DNA of 64,000 bases from Octopus sinensis (Eukaryota), in contig NC_042998.1 of assembly GCF_006345805.1 (NCBI RefSeq), forward strand, positions 17,112,001 to 17,176,000, given 5' to 3'. Positions 26,241 to 40,399 of this stretch are shown here, one piece after another (the first letter of the stretch is position 1; each line of letters opens with the position of its first letter). Under the pieces are notes generated by a model. The model saw only the letters and a program-made list of their open reading frames with translations, ran no database searches and was not told the origin of the DNA. The translations under genes and the position numbers were made by a program.

Positions 26241-26495
26241 GTGACGGCAAGGTGGCAGAATCGTTAGCACAACCCATTTTTGGTTCGTCCTTGTGTTCTG
26301 AGTTCAAATTCCGCTGAGACCGACTTTGACTTTAATCCTTTCGGGGTTGATAAGTACCAATTGATCACTGAGGGTCGATGTTATAGACTTAGCCTCTCAC
26401 CCGAAACTGCTGGCCTTGTGCCAAACTTTGTAAGCAATATGATTGACAACTCCCTTTCATGAAATTGTTGGCCCTGTGCCAAAATTTGAAACCAA
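26241..26495 (+). mobile_element. SINE family B variant with duplicated tail
   Basis: Central domain present; tail motif gaaa.tg.tggcc.tgtgccaaa occurs twice. Confidence 0.7.
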
Positions 26496-26507
26496 CAATG
26501 ATGTAAT

Positions 26508-26635
<128 letters not shown>

Positions 26636-28017
26636 TTGTATATGTGTGTGTGTCTGTGACTGCGCCTGTGTGTTTGTGAGTGTGTGTGTACGGACGTATA
26701 AGAAATAAACTACTTAGCAATAAATATAACAATAAAAACTACCTATTTCATTCTGTGACATACAATGTGTCTAGACCGTCAGCTTATAGTTTTAGAAAGT
26801 TCTAGCAAAGAGCCATTATTTCCCCGTTCTTGCTGTAAGGGCGCCCGTCTATAAAGCATTGAATAAGTAAAACGTGCATACCAAATGACTGCAATATTAT
26901 CAGCTGATGCAATTAATATCAATGTACTTACTATTCGATAATGCTTTTAAAATTAACTTGTCAAAATAACAACATTCCCTACCCCCCCTCTCTCTCTCTC
27001 TCTATCTATGTATCCTTGTAGGTCTCAGAAAAGCTGCAATTTGCTTAACAATAGACAGAGAGACAGATAGATAGTTACATACATACATAGACAGGCAGAT
27101 AGACAAACACATAGTCTCTTCAAACTAGAATTTGTCTTATATAATTTGGCTAAACACTAGTGGAACTGCGCACCTCGCATCGTATATGTAACACCGCCTT
27201 GTTCAAGATTTCCTACCCCACTCCAATAAGTTTACATTTAAAGTTTTCTATTCTTACACGCAACCCCAGTTACAATCTCTATGTATTCATGTAGATAAAT
27301 CACATGTACAAACTGCATCAGATTTGAATGATGTGTATTTGAATATAAATTACCCATTTTACAAGGATAAATTAAATGAAAATTAGATATTGCTCTACGT
27401 ATTTCATTATTTTCTGTATTGTTTTGTATAAATTGAGAGCGAAATTAACCTGTGTAATTTAATTCAATAGATTACTTTGGGTTGGTACATGTATTGTTTC
27501 TGTGCAGTTTCGAAAGAGTTTCAACGTCTATATTATTTGTATATAATGATTGTAGACTATGATTGAATAGAATAATGTATTCAATTAAGTAATTTAAATT
27601 CTTTAATCGGACGAAGTATTTATGAGAAATTGTATAATTCACCTGAAAATTGCTTCAAATAAATATGAAAGTACAATCCACTCAAGTGACTTCTGCTAGT
27701 ATAAATGTAGTGATATATATTGCAAATATTTTATTGGTACGATTGGTTAATTTGCCTTAAGGGATAGCCAGATGAGACACTGCAGCGAGACGCACATGCA
27801 CACACACACAAAATACAGATATGTACATATATACACACATACACACAGACCTAAAACAGAAAGATGATTACTACATTAAACTTATACGAAAATACATGCA
27901 CATAGGCACCATATACATATACATATATAACACTAAATATATATGTGTATGATTGTATATATATATATTTCGTTTTCGGATTTTGGAAATTTGGAAATGA
28001 CTCCCCAGACACAACAG

Positions 28018-28084
<67 letters not shown>

Positions 28085-28244
28085 GACTGTTGGTATATGG
28101 CCTGGACCAATCTTTGGTCGAAACATATCTAAGTTTTTTATCTAAGTTTTATAAATGTAACGGCAAGTGTTATAGTGTTTTGCCAACACAGCTAAATTTA
28201 GTAGACAACTAAAGTGGAATAGTTGCATATAAAATGTTTATCTT

Positions 28245-28330
28245 TCATATTTTATTTGTTTTGGACGTTGGACTACGGCCATGTAGGAGCACCACATTAA
28301 TGGATTAAATCGGAAACATTGACCGCTGTA

Positions 28331-28379
<49 letters not shown>

Positions 28380-29804
28380 TATTATTATTAATATTATTAT
28401 TATTATTATTATTATTACTTTTTTTTTCTTCTTTCAAATTTGCTTCCATTTCTTGCGAGTGTCTTCCCGACTCCTAGGACAAAGAAACTCATAGTATACA
28501 TTTGTAGACCATTAAACCAAACTCACTAGTTCGTTAATTTTTTTTTTTTTTTTTAAGTTAAATTAAAATACATGAGCAGCAACAGTTCTCACATCGACAA
28601 TGCTCTTCTCAATACGTGTGATGTACCAGTTAAGACAATCTTTTGCACTTCTTGCAGGGATGGTAAGCCAGGCATCATTCTCATATAATTTTCGGTTCCC
28701 TTCTTGATCATTCCTAGTGCTCTTGATCATTCCTACGATCACTGGTATTGTAACCGCCTTGAGATGCCACATTTTCTCAATTTCAATGAGTAGGTCTTTA
28801 TATTTTCTGAGCTTGTCAAACTCTTTCGCTGAGATATTATGATCACAGGGGATGCTCATGTCGATCAATAAGCAAACTTTATTGTTTTGGTCTTTCATTC
28901 AACAATATCTGGTTTATTGGCCTTGATGGTTCGGTCTGTATGTACTGGAAAGTCCCACAGAATGGTTACATTTTCTCCTTCAGTTACAGCCTCAGGGTGG
29001 TGATTATACCACTTGTCGGCAGTTTTGATATTGTAATGCCGACTTATTAGCCAGTGGAGATATTGGCCAACTCTGTCATGTCTTAATTTATACTCCACTG
29101 GTGCTAAGACTTTACATCCAGAGATTAGGTGGTCCACTGTTTCAATCATGTCGTTGCAGAATCGACATTTGGGTCTGCTCCATTTTTCATCACATTGGCT
29201 GGTAGTTCCGGGTTAATAGGCTTTGATCTTGAGCAGCCAGGATGAAACCTTCGCTCCTCTGCTTTTAGCCCTGAGCTCCGTAGCCACTGATGGGTTTGCT
29301 TCTTGTCAACATCAGCTTTTTGCTGCGGGTCACATATTTGCCGTGCAGAGGTTTCTCCTCCCACCTATCAGCCAATTGCTCGTGCGCTTTCTTCTTTGCC
29401 ATCATTTTCACCTTCTTTGCAACAATAGTTGCCGTACTTCCTCGGGTTGTTCAGTTGGATATCCTGCACGTGATCAATAGCAAATTTTTTGCTTTCCTTG
29501 ATGATAGAATGAAGCTTCTTTCGTCTCTCGTGATTTTCCACGAGCTTTAGCATCCAGTCATTCGATATTCGAGATATTTGGCCAGTCCAATTGTGGTTGT
29601 TTTGTAAGCTAGTTCCAATTGGATCAGCCTCGACCTCCTGGGCTCTGGGAAGGTAAAGGCGATCTACGTCTGCCTTTGGGTGGTGCATCCTATTACAACT
29701 CAGCAGCTTGCGTATTTTTCTATCTATATTCTTTACTTCACTCATATTCCAGTTCAACACATTATTCCAGTTCAACACATTATTCCAACACATTATTATT
29801 ATTA

Positions 29805-29860
<56 letters not shown>

Positions 29861-30100
29861 GAGCTTGGTACTTATTCTTTCGTTCACTTCTTGACGAACC
29901 GCTAATTTATGTGAACGTAAGCAAACAAACACCAGCGTTAGGTGGGGCCAAATATAAAGACATATGACGAACTTCTTTCAGTTTCGTCAACAAAATCCAG
30001 TCGCATGGCTTTGATAGGCCCGAAGCTATAGTAGAAGACATTGTCCCACGCTGTAGGACTGAATCTGAAAATATGTGGTTGGCAAATATAATTCTTACCA
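28245..30100 (-). mobile_element. Old SINE family A copy split into 28245-28330 and 29861-30100 by a LINE insertion
   Basis: Left piece matches the A tail; right piece continues the A body and head from the adjacent consensus position. Confidence 0.65.
28418..29791 (-). mobile_element. 5'-truncated R4/Dong-like LINE (RT thumb, CCHC, restriction-like endonuclease), pseudogenised
   Basis: IDRKIRKLL..RMHHPKADVDRLYLPR, ETVDHLISGC..EYKLRHD, ILWDFPVHTDRTIKANKPDIV, LLIDMSIP; (ATT)n on both flanks. Confidence 0.92.
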
Positions 30101-30959
30101 AATGGATATCTGTGAGCAGAAAACACAATTTTAGCTGTTGTGCGCCGTTTTTCAAACTTGGTGAAAACTTATGCAAAAATATGTAATAAGGAAGGAACAA
30201 TAAATGATAAGATAAACACACATAACCAACAACATGGAGAAGCGGAAATATGAAAAAATAATGAAATAAAGTTAGGAGAAAAGCGGATGAAACTAATACA
30301 TCTACACACACAAGCATGCATACATTTGTACAGAAGAAAATGAAGAGTAGAAGTGAGAGCACATGGGGTTAAAACACTAGTCGTGTTGGTGTGAAAACCC
30401 ACACCAACAGTCGCGATAAGAAACATTATACAATGTTATTGGCATGTAGTATACGAACATAGATGATAAGGATATGAATATTGGATGAATGTTGGGATGA
30501 GTTAAGACGGATTATTAACTTTGGGAACTCAAATTCGGTTACAAAAATTGACTAAACACTAGTGATTGTCATTATCATACATCTTAGAGCAGTTTCAGGT
30601 AGGCATACAGTTTGTAGATTAATAGGTTTATTATCATGTTGCAACGAGCAACATTCGCCGTTTACAAGGGGGGAACATGGCTCATATGTCCAATAGTCGA
30701 GACAATGCATGTATATGCATTAATATAAACGTAATGGTATCTTTGTGTACACATATGTGGTAGATTCACGGGCTCTAATTGTAACCAGTCCAAACTGTGT
30801 TACACAGACACTCTGACACAACACCCCCCACACACACATACGTACACACACATACATACACACACATATAAATATGTGTGTATAAGTATATATATATGAG
30901 AGAGAGATAGATAGATATGTACATGCACTATGAATATATGCATATGTGTAATGAATATA

Positions 30960-31012
<53 letters not shown>

Positions 31013-31214
31013 ATATATATGCATATATATGTATTTATATGTATATATGTATATATATACATACATATACATATATATGTATGTATATAATAATAATAAT
31101 AATATATATATATATACATACACTTATATACATTTATATACATACATATATAAACATACATACGTACACCTGTTTCTCCTGCCAGCCAGTACGGGCTTAA
31201 TAATCATATATATA

Positions 31215-31245
<31 letters not shown>

Positions 31246-31546
31246 CATACATATACATACATGCATTTGTCTTGCTCGCTTTCGTTCTGACGTCTCCTAT
31301 TTTCTTTAGAATATTCCTTTCCCAGTGGTAAGATCATAGGGGGACGACTTCTAGCAAAATGGATGTTCACTTAGTGGTAACCCCTCTTATATGTATGTAA
31401 TATAATTTTTCTGAATCTTCAGATTTTTCTATATGCTAGACCACTGGTTGTAAATTGATATTAATCAAATAAATATTCAATTTTTCACCCTTATATATAT
31501 ATATTATATATATATATATAAATATATATATAATATATATATATTC

Positions 31547-31808
31547 TTTCATTCATCTATTTTTTACTTGTTTCAATCCTTTGACTGTGGCCATCCTGGA
31601 GTACCGTCTTTTGGATGAGCAAATCGGCATCGAGACTTATTCTTTGTAAGCCTAGTATTTCTTCTATCGGTCTCTCTTGCCGGACCGCTAGTTTACGGAG
31701 ATGTAAACACACCAGCACTCTTTGTAAAGCAATGATGGGGGACAAACACAAACACACAAGTACATACACACAGACATACGCAGACACAGAGACAGACACA
31801 GACACACA

Positions 31809-31851
<43 letters not shown>

Positions 31852-32002
31852 GTATACGACGGGGCTCTTTTAATTTCCCTTTTCCAAATCCACTGACAAG
31901 CTTGATGGGTCCGAAGCTTTAGTAGAAGACGCCCAAGGTGCCAAGGGGTGAGGCTGAACCCGGAACCATGTCGTTGGTAAGTAAGCTACTTATCACACAG
32001 CC
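31547..32002 (-). mobile_element. SINE family A
   Basis: Similarity to the other A copies. Confidence 0.85.
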
Positions 32003-32011
32003 TTTTTTCTT

Positions 32012-32906
32012 CTATGTTTTATGGGTGTCAGCCAGAGGGTGAGGTTATGCTAATGCACCACTTTTACTGCATCTGGACATTTTTCTTGTATTGCTTCTGG
32101 TGAAGTACCTTGTTGAATGTCGCAGCTCTTCTTCGTGTAGGTTCATCTGGTGTTGGACACAAAATATTGTCTAGACGTTTTGGAAAGACTTCCATGACTA
32201 CACCTTGCAGATCCCTGATGGTCGTCGGTAGGGCATTAAAAATTGTGGTCCCTTGAATCCCAAGCTATTACAATATTGCGTTCGTATACACGATGGAGAA
32301 GATAGGACCTTTGGTACTGTGAAGTGCTGTCCAGTTCGGGATTATTGTAGATTTCTATTCCGAAATTTGGAGCTAGACTTTCCATTATTTTCCATATTTA
32401 TAGCACCACATATCTCTCACGTCTCCTCTCCAGGGAGTAGATGCCTACTTCCTTCAACCTCTCCCAGTAGCCCATGTGTTTTACTGAATCTATATTCTAT
32501 GTGCAGTGGCTTTGGATCGCTTCTGGTTCCACAATTTATCTTACACTTTGTGGGGAACATAGTTGTGAACAGAAGTCCAGTTGAGTGAGGACAAACGTTT
32601 TCCAAAGCATAAGCATTGTGTCTCTGTTCCTGGTCCTGAAGAATCTAAGGTTCCAACCTGCCACCCGCCTGCATAGTGTTGCTATCTAAGCAATATGCAT
32701 ATGATCAGTTGCGTCGTTGTTCATGTGGACTCTAAATCTTGGATCACATTGCCTGCTGGTCCCGTGGGCTTCAGTTGTAGATTGCTTGTGGGCTGTTGGC
32801 GGAGTGCTTGAAATTTTGTGCCATTGAACTGCATATTATTCTCATCAACCCCTTTATACATAGCGTTCAGGTCATTCTGCAGTCTTAGGGTGTCAGTAGA
32901 TTCCTT
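32012..32906 (-). mobile_element. 5'-truncated CR1/L2-group LINE
   Basis: LQNDLNAMY..NNMQFNGTKF, LDFCSQLCSP, YWERLKEVGIYSLERRRERY, YCNSLGFKGP, PDEP; stops and frameshifts. Confidence 0.88.
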
Positions 32907-32909
32907 CAC

Positions 32910-33881
32910 CGCCTGCGATACGAGTTACAGGACATCAGAGGCAACAATAAATCTATGGGAGGAGTTACATTAATTTTATCAGGAGACTTCAGACAGACAT
33001 TACCAATTATTCCGAGACGAACAAGATCTGATGAAATAAAACTATGCGTTAAGTCTTCACACCTCTGGAATAAAGTGCTGAAATTCTCATTCAATACTAG
33101 CGTACGAGCTTCATTACATGGGGACCAATGTGCAAAACAGTTTTCCATCTCACGCCTCCAATTAGAAAATAGGAAAGTACCATTTCATGGGAATGGTGAT
33201 ATCAGTTTGGCTCATATTGCTATTATGGTGAATTCCTCCGCTGAATTGAAGAACAGGATATTGCCAGACTTAATTGATCATTATAATACACATCATTGGT
33301 TGTGTGAATGGGCAATTCTTACTCCAAAAATTGAGACAGTAGCAGAAATTAACAATGAATTAATGAATATGATTCCAACAGTCATTAAGAAGTACAAATC
33401 ACTTGATTCAGTCCTTTATGAAAATCAAGCTGCCTGTTACCTAACAGAGTTCCTTAATCCTCTTGAGCCACTTGGAATTCCTCCACATAAACTGTTCTGG
33501 AGGTAGAGATCCCAATAATGCCTCTAAGAAATTTAGATCCTCTTAAATTATGCAATGGTTCAAGGTTGATTGTGAAGACATCAACACCTAATGTGACAGA
33601 AGCTACAATCATCACTGGATGTGCCTCTGAGGAAGAGGTTTTCGTTCCAAAAATTCTAATCAAACATATCATTTGAATTCAAACGAACACAATTTCAAGT
33701 GCGACTTTTGATTTGTAATGTCTATTAATAAAAGTCAAGGTCAGTCTTTAAGATCTACCGGCTTGTTTTTCTCGTGGTCAACTTTGTTGGTTACTCCAGA
33801 GCATGTAGTTTGCAAGACTTATTTGTTTATACGCCAAACCATATGACAAAGAATGTTGTTTACCCAGAATCTCTTGCATAA
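32910..33881 (+). mobile_element. Helitron PIF1-like helicase C-terminal fragment, pseudogenised
   Basis: MGGVTLILSGDFRQTLPII, AILTPK, PPHKL, LRNLDP..LCNGSRL, MSINKSQGQSL, TKNVVYPESL. Confidence 0.92.
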
Positions 33882-34338
33882 TATCCTTATACATATGTGG
33901 TACGTAGAATTTATTTCCTTTCATGAATGTGGTAAATTTTGTATTTCGTTTATTGTTATTATTGTTATTATCATTAATATTACTATTATTATTATTATTA
34001 TTATCATTATTAATATTATTATTATTACTATTATTATTATTATTGTTGTTATTGTTGTTAATGTTGTTGCTGTTGTTGATATTATTATTATGATCATCAT
34101 CATCATCGTACTTATTATTTTGTATTATTAATTTAGAATCGATTTCTTAAAGAATAAATGGTATCCCAATTGAAGAATATACTCAAATTTATATACAACA
34201 TATTTTGTTTTTTTTTCTCTTCTAATATGTAAGGAAAAATTTCATTCCCGAGCAAACCTGGGTGCCTCTGCTATTATATTTATGTGTGTTATTATATATA
34301 TGTGTGCATGTGTGTGTGCGTATGTGTGTGTTGTGTAT

Positions 34339-34716
34339 AGGCGCAGGCGTGGCTATTTTATAAGAAATGAATTCTGCATCCAGACCACATGGTTCAGTTT
34401 TCTGTCCAACTACATTGCACCTTGGAGGGATATCTTCTACTATTGTCTCGGACGGACTAAACATTGAGCGGGGATTTGGTAGACGGGAACTGAAAGAAGC
34501 CTGTCGTATATGTGAGTGTGTGTGTTTGTGTGTGCGTGCATGTGTGTGTGTGCGTGCATGTGTGTGTGTGTGTGTCTGAGTGTCTTTCTCCCTGCGATGG
34601 TCCCCCAGTGTGCTTTGACAATTGGTGTTTGTGTTTTTGTCTCCCCTTTAATTACCAGGCTTAAAAACATAAAGATTACTGGTATCGTAGTCTAATGACT
34701 GAAACAAGTAAAATAA
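34339..34716 (+). mobile_element. SINE family A, diverged
   Basis: Head, internal (TG)n and tail recognisable. Confidence 0.8.
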
Positions 34717-34838
34717 TGTGTGAGTCTGTGTGTGTATGGGTGTGTGTGTGTCTGTGTGAGTGTATATTTATCTATCTATATATCTGTCTATCTATCTATC
34801 ATCTATCTATCTATTCTCTATCTATCTATCGATCTCTC

Positions 34839-34888
<50 letters not shown>

Positions 34889-35001
34889 ATCTATCTATCT
34901 ATCTATCTATCTGTCTGTCTGTCTATCTATCTATATATCTATCTATCTATCTATCTATTTATCTATCTATATCTATCCTATCTCATCCTCTCTCTCTCTC
35001 C

Positions 35002-35036
<35 letters not shown>

Positions 35037-35048
35037 ATATATATAGAT

Positions 35049-35079
<31 letters not shown>

Positions 35080-36263
35080 GAAGGTTAGCTTGTATGAACC
35101 GTGACAAGGCCAGTGACATAACTGAGTGTTTAGCGGTTTTATTATGAACAAGTTGTTAGCTTATAGAATAGAAGAGTGGGATTGTGAAGAAAATAAGCAC
35201 ATGAAGCTGATCGCTAATCGAAGATGTAGTGTTTAAAAAGTGTGACCGATATAGGAAAAGTATTTATTATAATATTGTGCTTAGCAGAAGGATCGTAGAT
35301 AGTTAAAGCAGAATATAGTAGATTAGTATAGATTTCGTTATAATAAATGCCATAGTATCGACGTCTATTTCATCTTAATGTTTACCGTAAAACCTTAGTT
35401 CCTTAAACAATGTTCCCTGTTACAAGTGAAATTTCGAACATTTCCCAAGTACAGGACATACGAAGTTGTTTATCCCACTCAAGAATATTGTAAAATTTCA
35501 CATTGCTCCTCATTAATTTAAAGATATATTCTGCAAAAAAAGTTGACGATTTTAGTTGTTAGAGAATAAGTTTTCGTGCCTCGAGATCCGCAACTTCACA
35601 TATTTATAGGAAAAGCATTATGCCTAACACATGAAATTTTACAACTGTATGTTTCTCCGTTGCTTTTAATTTGTTGCTTGCACAAAATATATACATTTAA
35701 TTACATATCCACACCAATATTTTATAATGTTCTCAACAATGGTGTTAATAACTTGTATTACTGAATTCATAATATTCAATTTAGGCAGTTTAATTCAAAT
35801 CAATTTAAAAAGCAACCGTGTAATAAAAACATTTTTTTCAATTTCGTCATTATATGTTTATTTTTGAAAACTATAGTCATACTTCAGTGCAAGGATACGA
35901 TCAACATGCAAAATGCACAATATGACGTACAACTGGCACGACCTCAGAACCAAATTCCAAAATAAGACCACCATTAGGCGTAGGGCACAAAAGATGTCTC
36001 CTTCACACTCAATCGAATATAGAGAGGCTCAGATAGCACGGAAGCGTTGATGGAGGGGAATTTTGGATATTTCACGTATCGCACGAAGTGTAAGAATATA
36101 TATCTTAATGAAAGTTATTTAATGAAAGCATAGTCGTGATTTATTTGTATAATATATATATACTATATAAACAAAATACGTATATATACATGTCTCCATA
36201 ATTCATATTCATATAAATAGATACATATATGTCCACATATATATACGCATTATTATGTATATT

Positions 36264-36300
<37 letters not shown>

Positions 36301-36390
36301 TATATATATGTGTGTGTATATATACATATATATATGTAAATATATGTTGGCTGTTTATGTATATATTTATTTGTATATAGTAATATATAT

Positions 36391-36493
<103 letters not shown>

Positions 36494-37079
36494 TAGAAGA
36501 TAGAGACATAGATATATATACTGCTTATGTATATATTTCACTGTATATATGAATATATATGTATATATAAACATATATGTTCTTGCATATGACACCTTTA
36601 CACATATTTACACGAAAGTGTATGAGAACCTACGGCACATTGTAAAAGCAGAAACAAAAGCACACGAACTTACATACATGTAAGCACATATATAAGGTCA
36701 ATTATATATTCGTCATAAAATTCTCTGCATAAAAGAAAATATTCATAAACTTATATTACTATGTAAATTTATGAAGAATATTTATATATGGGATTTTGTC
36801 GTTTTGTGCGCGTAATTCCATGGGTGTAAGTTGTTATGACGCTGGGTATGTTGATATATATTATGATGTTGGATATATATGTATTCTAATATAGCAATTT
36901 TCTTTTAATAAAGATCAAGATTTACTGCCGAGATTCATAACTACCCGAATAAACATAGATGTTATTGCTTTCCTTCAGTTTGACAATATTTTCCCACTTA
37001 CTGTCCAAATCTCACACCCTACCCACGAATACTCCATTCTACTGAATATATGTTAAGCACACGGCCTCATACACGCATA

Positions 37080-37150
37080 TATATATAATTATATATATAT
37101 ACATATGTATAATCTCGAACATATCTATAAATACATATACATATATGTAT

Positions 37151-37215
<65 letters not shown>

Positions 37216-37331
37216 TCTTGAACATATCTGCATTCGGTTGTATTGTACATACTTATATGTATATATAGGTAATACATTATCTATTACATTCAAATATATA
37301 CCAGAATGTATATATATTATATGTGTGTATG

Positions 37332-37374
<43 letters not shown>

Positions 37375-37625
37375 CATATATGTATGTATTTACATGCATA
37401 TGTTTACATGTGTAAGTTTATGTGTGTGTGTGTATGTATATGTATGTATATACTATACATACAAACACACACACACGCATAATATATATATATATATATT
37501 ATATATATATTATATACTGTATTATAATATAATATATATATATATATATATACTATTATATATATTATCTATATATATACATAATATATATATCCTTATA
37601 TATATATATATATATATAATATATA

Positions 37626-37660
<35 letters not shown>
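37080..37660. repeat. Long TA-rich microsatellite region
   Basis: Directly visible; one of many (TA)n tracts. Confidence 0.9.
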
Positions 37661-37661
<1 letters not shown>

Positions 37662-39116
37662 CTATATATGTAATGTATGTATGCGTTTATGTGTTTGTGT
37701 GCGTATTAGCATATGAATGGCAACACTTCAATCCATTTTATGGCAAATTGTGTTGCTTCTCTTCATAAAGCATGCTGTTTTAATATAAAACAGCAGGAGT
37801 ATTGATTTAAATTCTAAGTGCCACTTTCCCGTACAACTTTTAATTTCCACTGAATATAACCTTGCCGAGGCCAACAATAACTGAAACGAAATATATAATG
37901 TTATATTCAGTAAGTTTCTCGAAGACCGGCCGTAAAATAAAGTTAGCTCTTTTACTGCTCACATTTTTTGAGTTACTAATTCACTAAATTGCAATGTATA
38001 TCTCGATAGAACACTTAAGCTGTCAAAATGTCTCACGTAAAGATGCCTTAATACTCTTTTAATGCACATTTTGCTTGTGTCTTATCATAAGTCCACTTTA
38101 TGTTAGCAATGTTTTCACTCACACACACGTATGAATGTGTGTATATAAATGAATACATACATAGATATATCTATATATATATATATAATATACAAACATA
38201 TACATACTTACATGCATACATACACAATGTATATGCTCAAAAATACGCATCTATATAACATACATGCATGTATTTATTCCTGTGCAAATGTATGTTCATA
38301 TGTGTGTTTTGTGTATGTGTGACTGTGTGTCCGTGTGTCCGTGTGTATTCGGAAATTTTAGCACTGTCAATATTGTCTCCACGCATTGCCAGTATACTTA
38401 TATGAATACCCGCATCCATACATAATTTTTTTTTTCCATTCGCACTATCTTTCTCACTCTCTGACTCACGCACTTCAATTTTCCCTCTCTTTTTCATTCT
38501 TTCTTTCTTTCATTATCTAACTCTCTTTCTTTTTCTCTCTCTCTCCCGCTTCCCCTCTGTCTCCACGCGCGCGCGCAGAGTCACATATATACTGTATATT
38601 TCGAAAATCTTGGTATACAAATATGTTTATATGAGTGTGTGTGCGTATGTATGCGTTCATATGTACTTCTATTTTGTAAGAATAAAACTATATATCCATC
38701 TACCTATATGTAATGCGCGTCCATATATCTGTTTGTTGGTATATGTACTTGTGTGTATATATATGTATGCATATATTGATGCATGTATGTATGTTTGTAT
38801 GTATGTATGTATTTGTGTATGAGGGTTTCTGTTACCAATAATAATACTGTTAATATTGTTAATGGTAATATACTTACATTCATGCCCATATTTTTATAGA
38901 TATTTTTCTCAGTTTTAATTCCTCTTCCCCTCTCTCTCTTTCTTTGTCTTTCTTCATATTTATAGGTGTGTGTATGTATGTATATATAATTGTGTTTTGT
39001 GTGCCGTTTGCGTGCGTATATTTATCTGCGTGTGTCTGAGTGTTTATATATATATGGGTGTAAGCTTGTTTTTTGTGTATATTTATGTATATGCGTTATA
39101 CAGGCACACGGACGAA

Positions 39117-39190
39117 GATGAAGAAGAAGAAGAAGAAGAAGAAGAAGAAGAAGAAGAAGAAGAAGAAGAAGAAGAAGAAGAAGAAGAAGG
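39117..39190. repeat. (GAA)n microsatellite
   Basis: Directly visible. Confidence 0.95.
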
Positions 39191-39550
39191 AGGATATACC
39201 TAATATTCTCCTAACATTGCCTAATATTCTGTGAAATATACCTAATATGCTTAATATTATGTGAAACACAGATATACATATATACAAAGCCCAGCGGAAA
39301 TGAGGAAAACTGAAATATATTCAGATATCATAAAACGCTACTGTGGGGTAAAAATGACTAAGAATGTGAGCACATTCTACCCTTATTTTTGATGTGTACA
39401 TTTTTTCCAAGTTTGTTTCATACCTTGTTTCAATCTATAGCATATATGTACTACATATCCATCAGGCAACTCTTGTCACGGATAGCCTAATTTCCATATA
39501 TCTGGTTCTGATCTCTCGTCGTTAATTAAACAACATTTGTTCAAGTACCG

Positions 39551-39833
39551 CTGAGCTGATACTCCCCCCTTCGGTCATGACTGACCATGGCATTGCACGT
39601 AGAAAGTTCCCCTCCAAGTCCGGGCAACACTTGTGTTATCCAAGGGAAAGGGAAAGGCTGACATAGCTTGGCACCTGTGATGTCGCAAATCATTTCTACA
39701 GCTGAGTGAACTGGAGCAACGTGAAATAAAGTGTCTTACTCAAGAACACAACACGCAACCTGGTCCGGGATTCGAACTCACAACCTCACGATCGTAAGCT
39801 TGGCGCTCTAACAACTGAGCTATGCGCCTTCAC
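39551..39833 (-). mobile_element. SINE family C with internal deletion
   Basis: Matches the other C copies, lacking part of the body. Confidence 0.88.
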
Positions 39834-40399
39834 TTGTACAACGCACCACAAATGAAAGGAGTGGAATGAATTATATGACCTTTCTCTTTTATATATTATG
39901 CCTCGTTATAACTGCACATGGATGCACCCACACGCACACACACATACGAACACAGACACACACATATGTATGTGTGCGTAAATTGGTTTTAAACTTGGGC
40001 TAGAACATATTCTTATTTAATTTTAGTGTTTGTTTTACAAGATACGTGAAATTCTGAAAGAATTTTCCTGTATCTTGGGGGATTCCTTGCACCTATAATA
40101 ACACACGCACAGGTTCAATTTTACTTCTTTATTATTAGCCAATTGGCTAAATATCTAAACAACTAGTCGTTTATTTTTTATTGGCTAAATTTCTATTTAT
40201 TGGCTAAATATCTAAACAACTAGTCGTTTATTTTTTTCTGTTTAAGTTTTTCCTTGCTGTTCGCAATCTTTTCGGTGACCCGTGACTGTTTCGGTGATCA
40301 TGATGGCCATGATAATTACAGCAACAACGACTACTCCAGCAATAATAACGGCAATAAAAATATCAAAGCAATAACGCCTGAGTTCATGAACGATTTGAA

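Noticed and set aside
28085-28135. GACCA-ATCTT-TGGTC GAAACATATC hairpin next to a TA tract
   Set aside because: Looks like the 3' half of a hammerhead, but no CUGANGA-like box or stem I.
40140-40240. Short tandem duplication of ttggctaaatatctaaacaactagtcgtttattttt
   Set aside because: Simple local duplication with no further structure.
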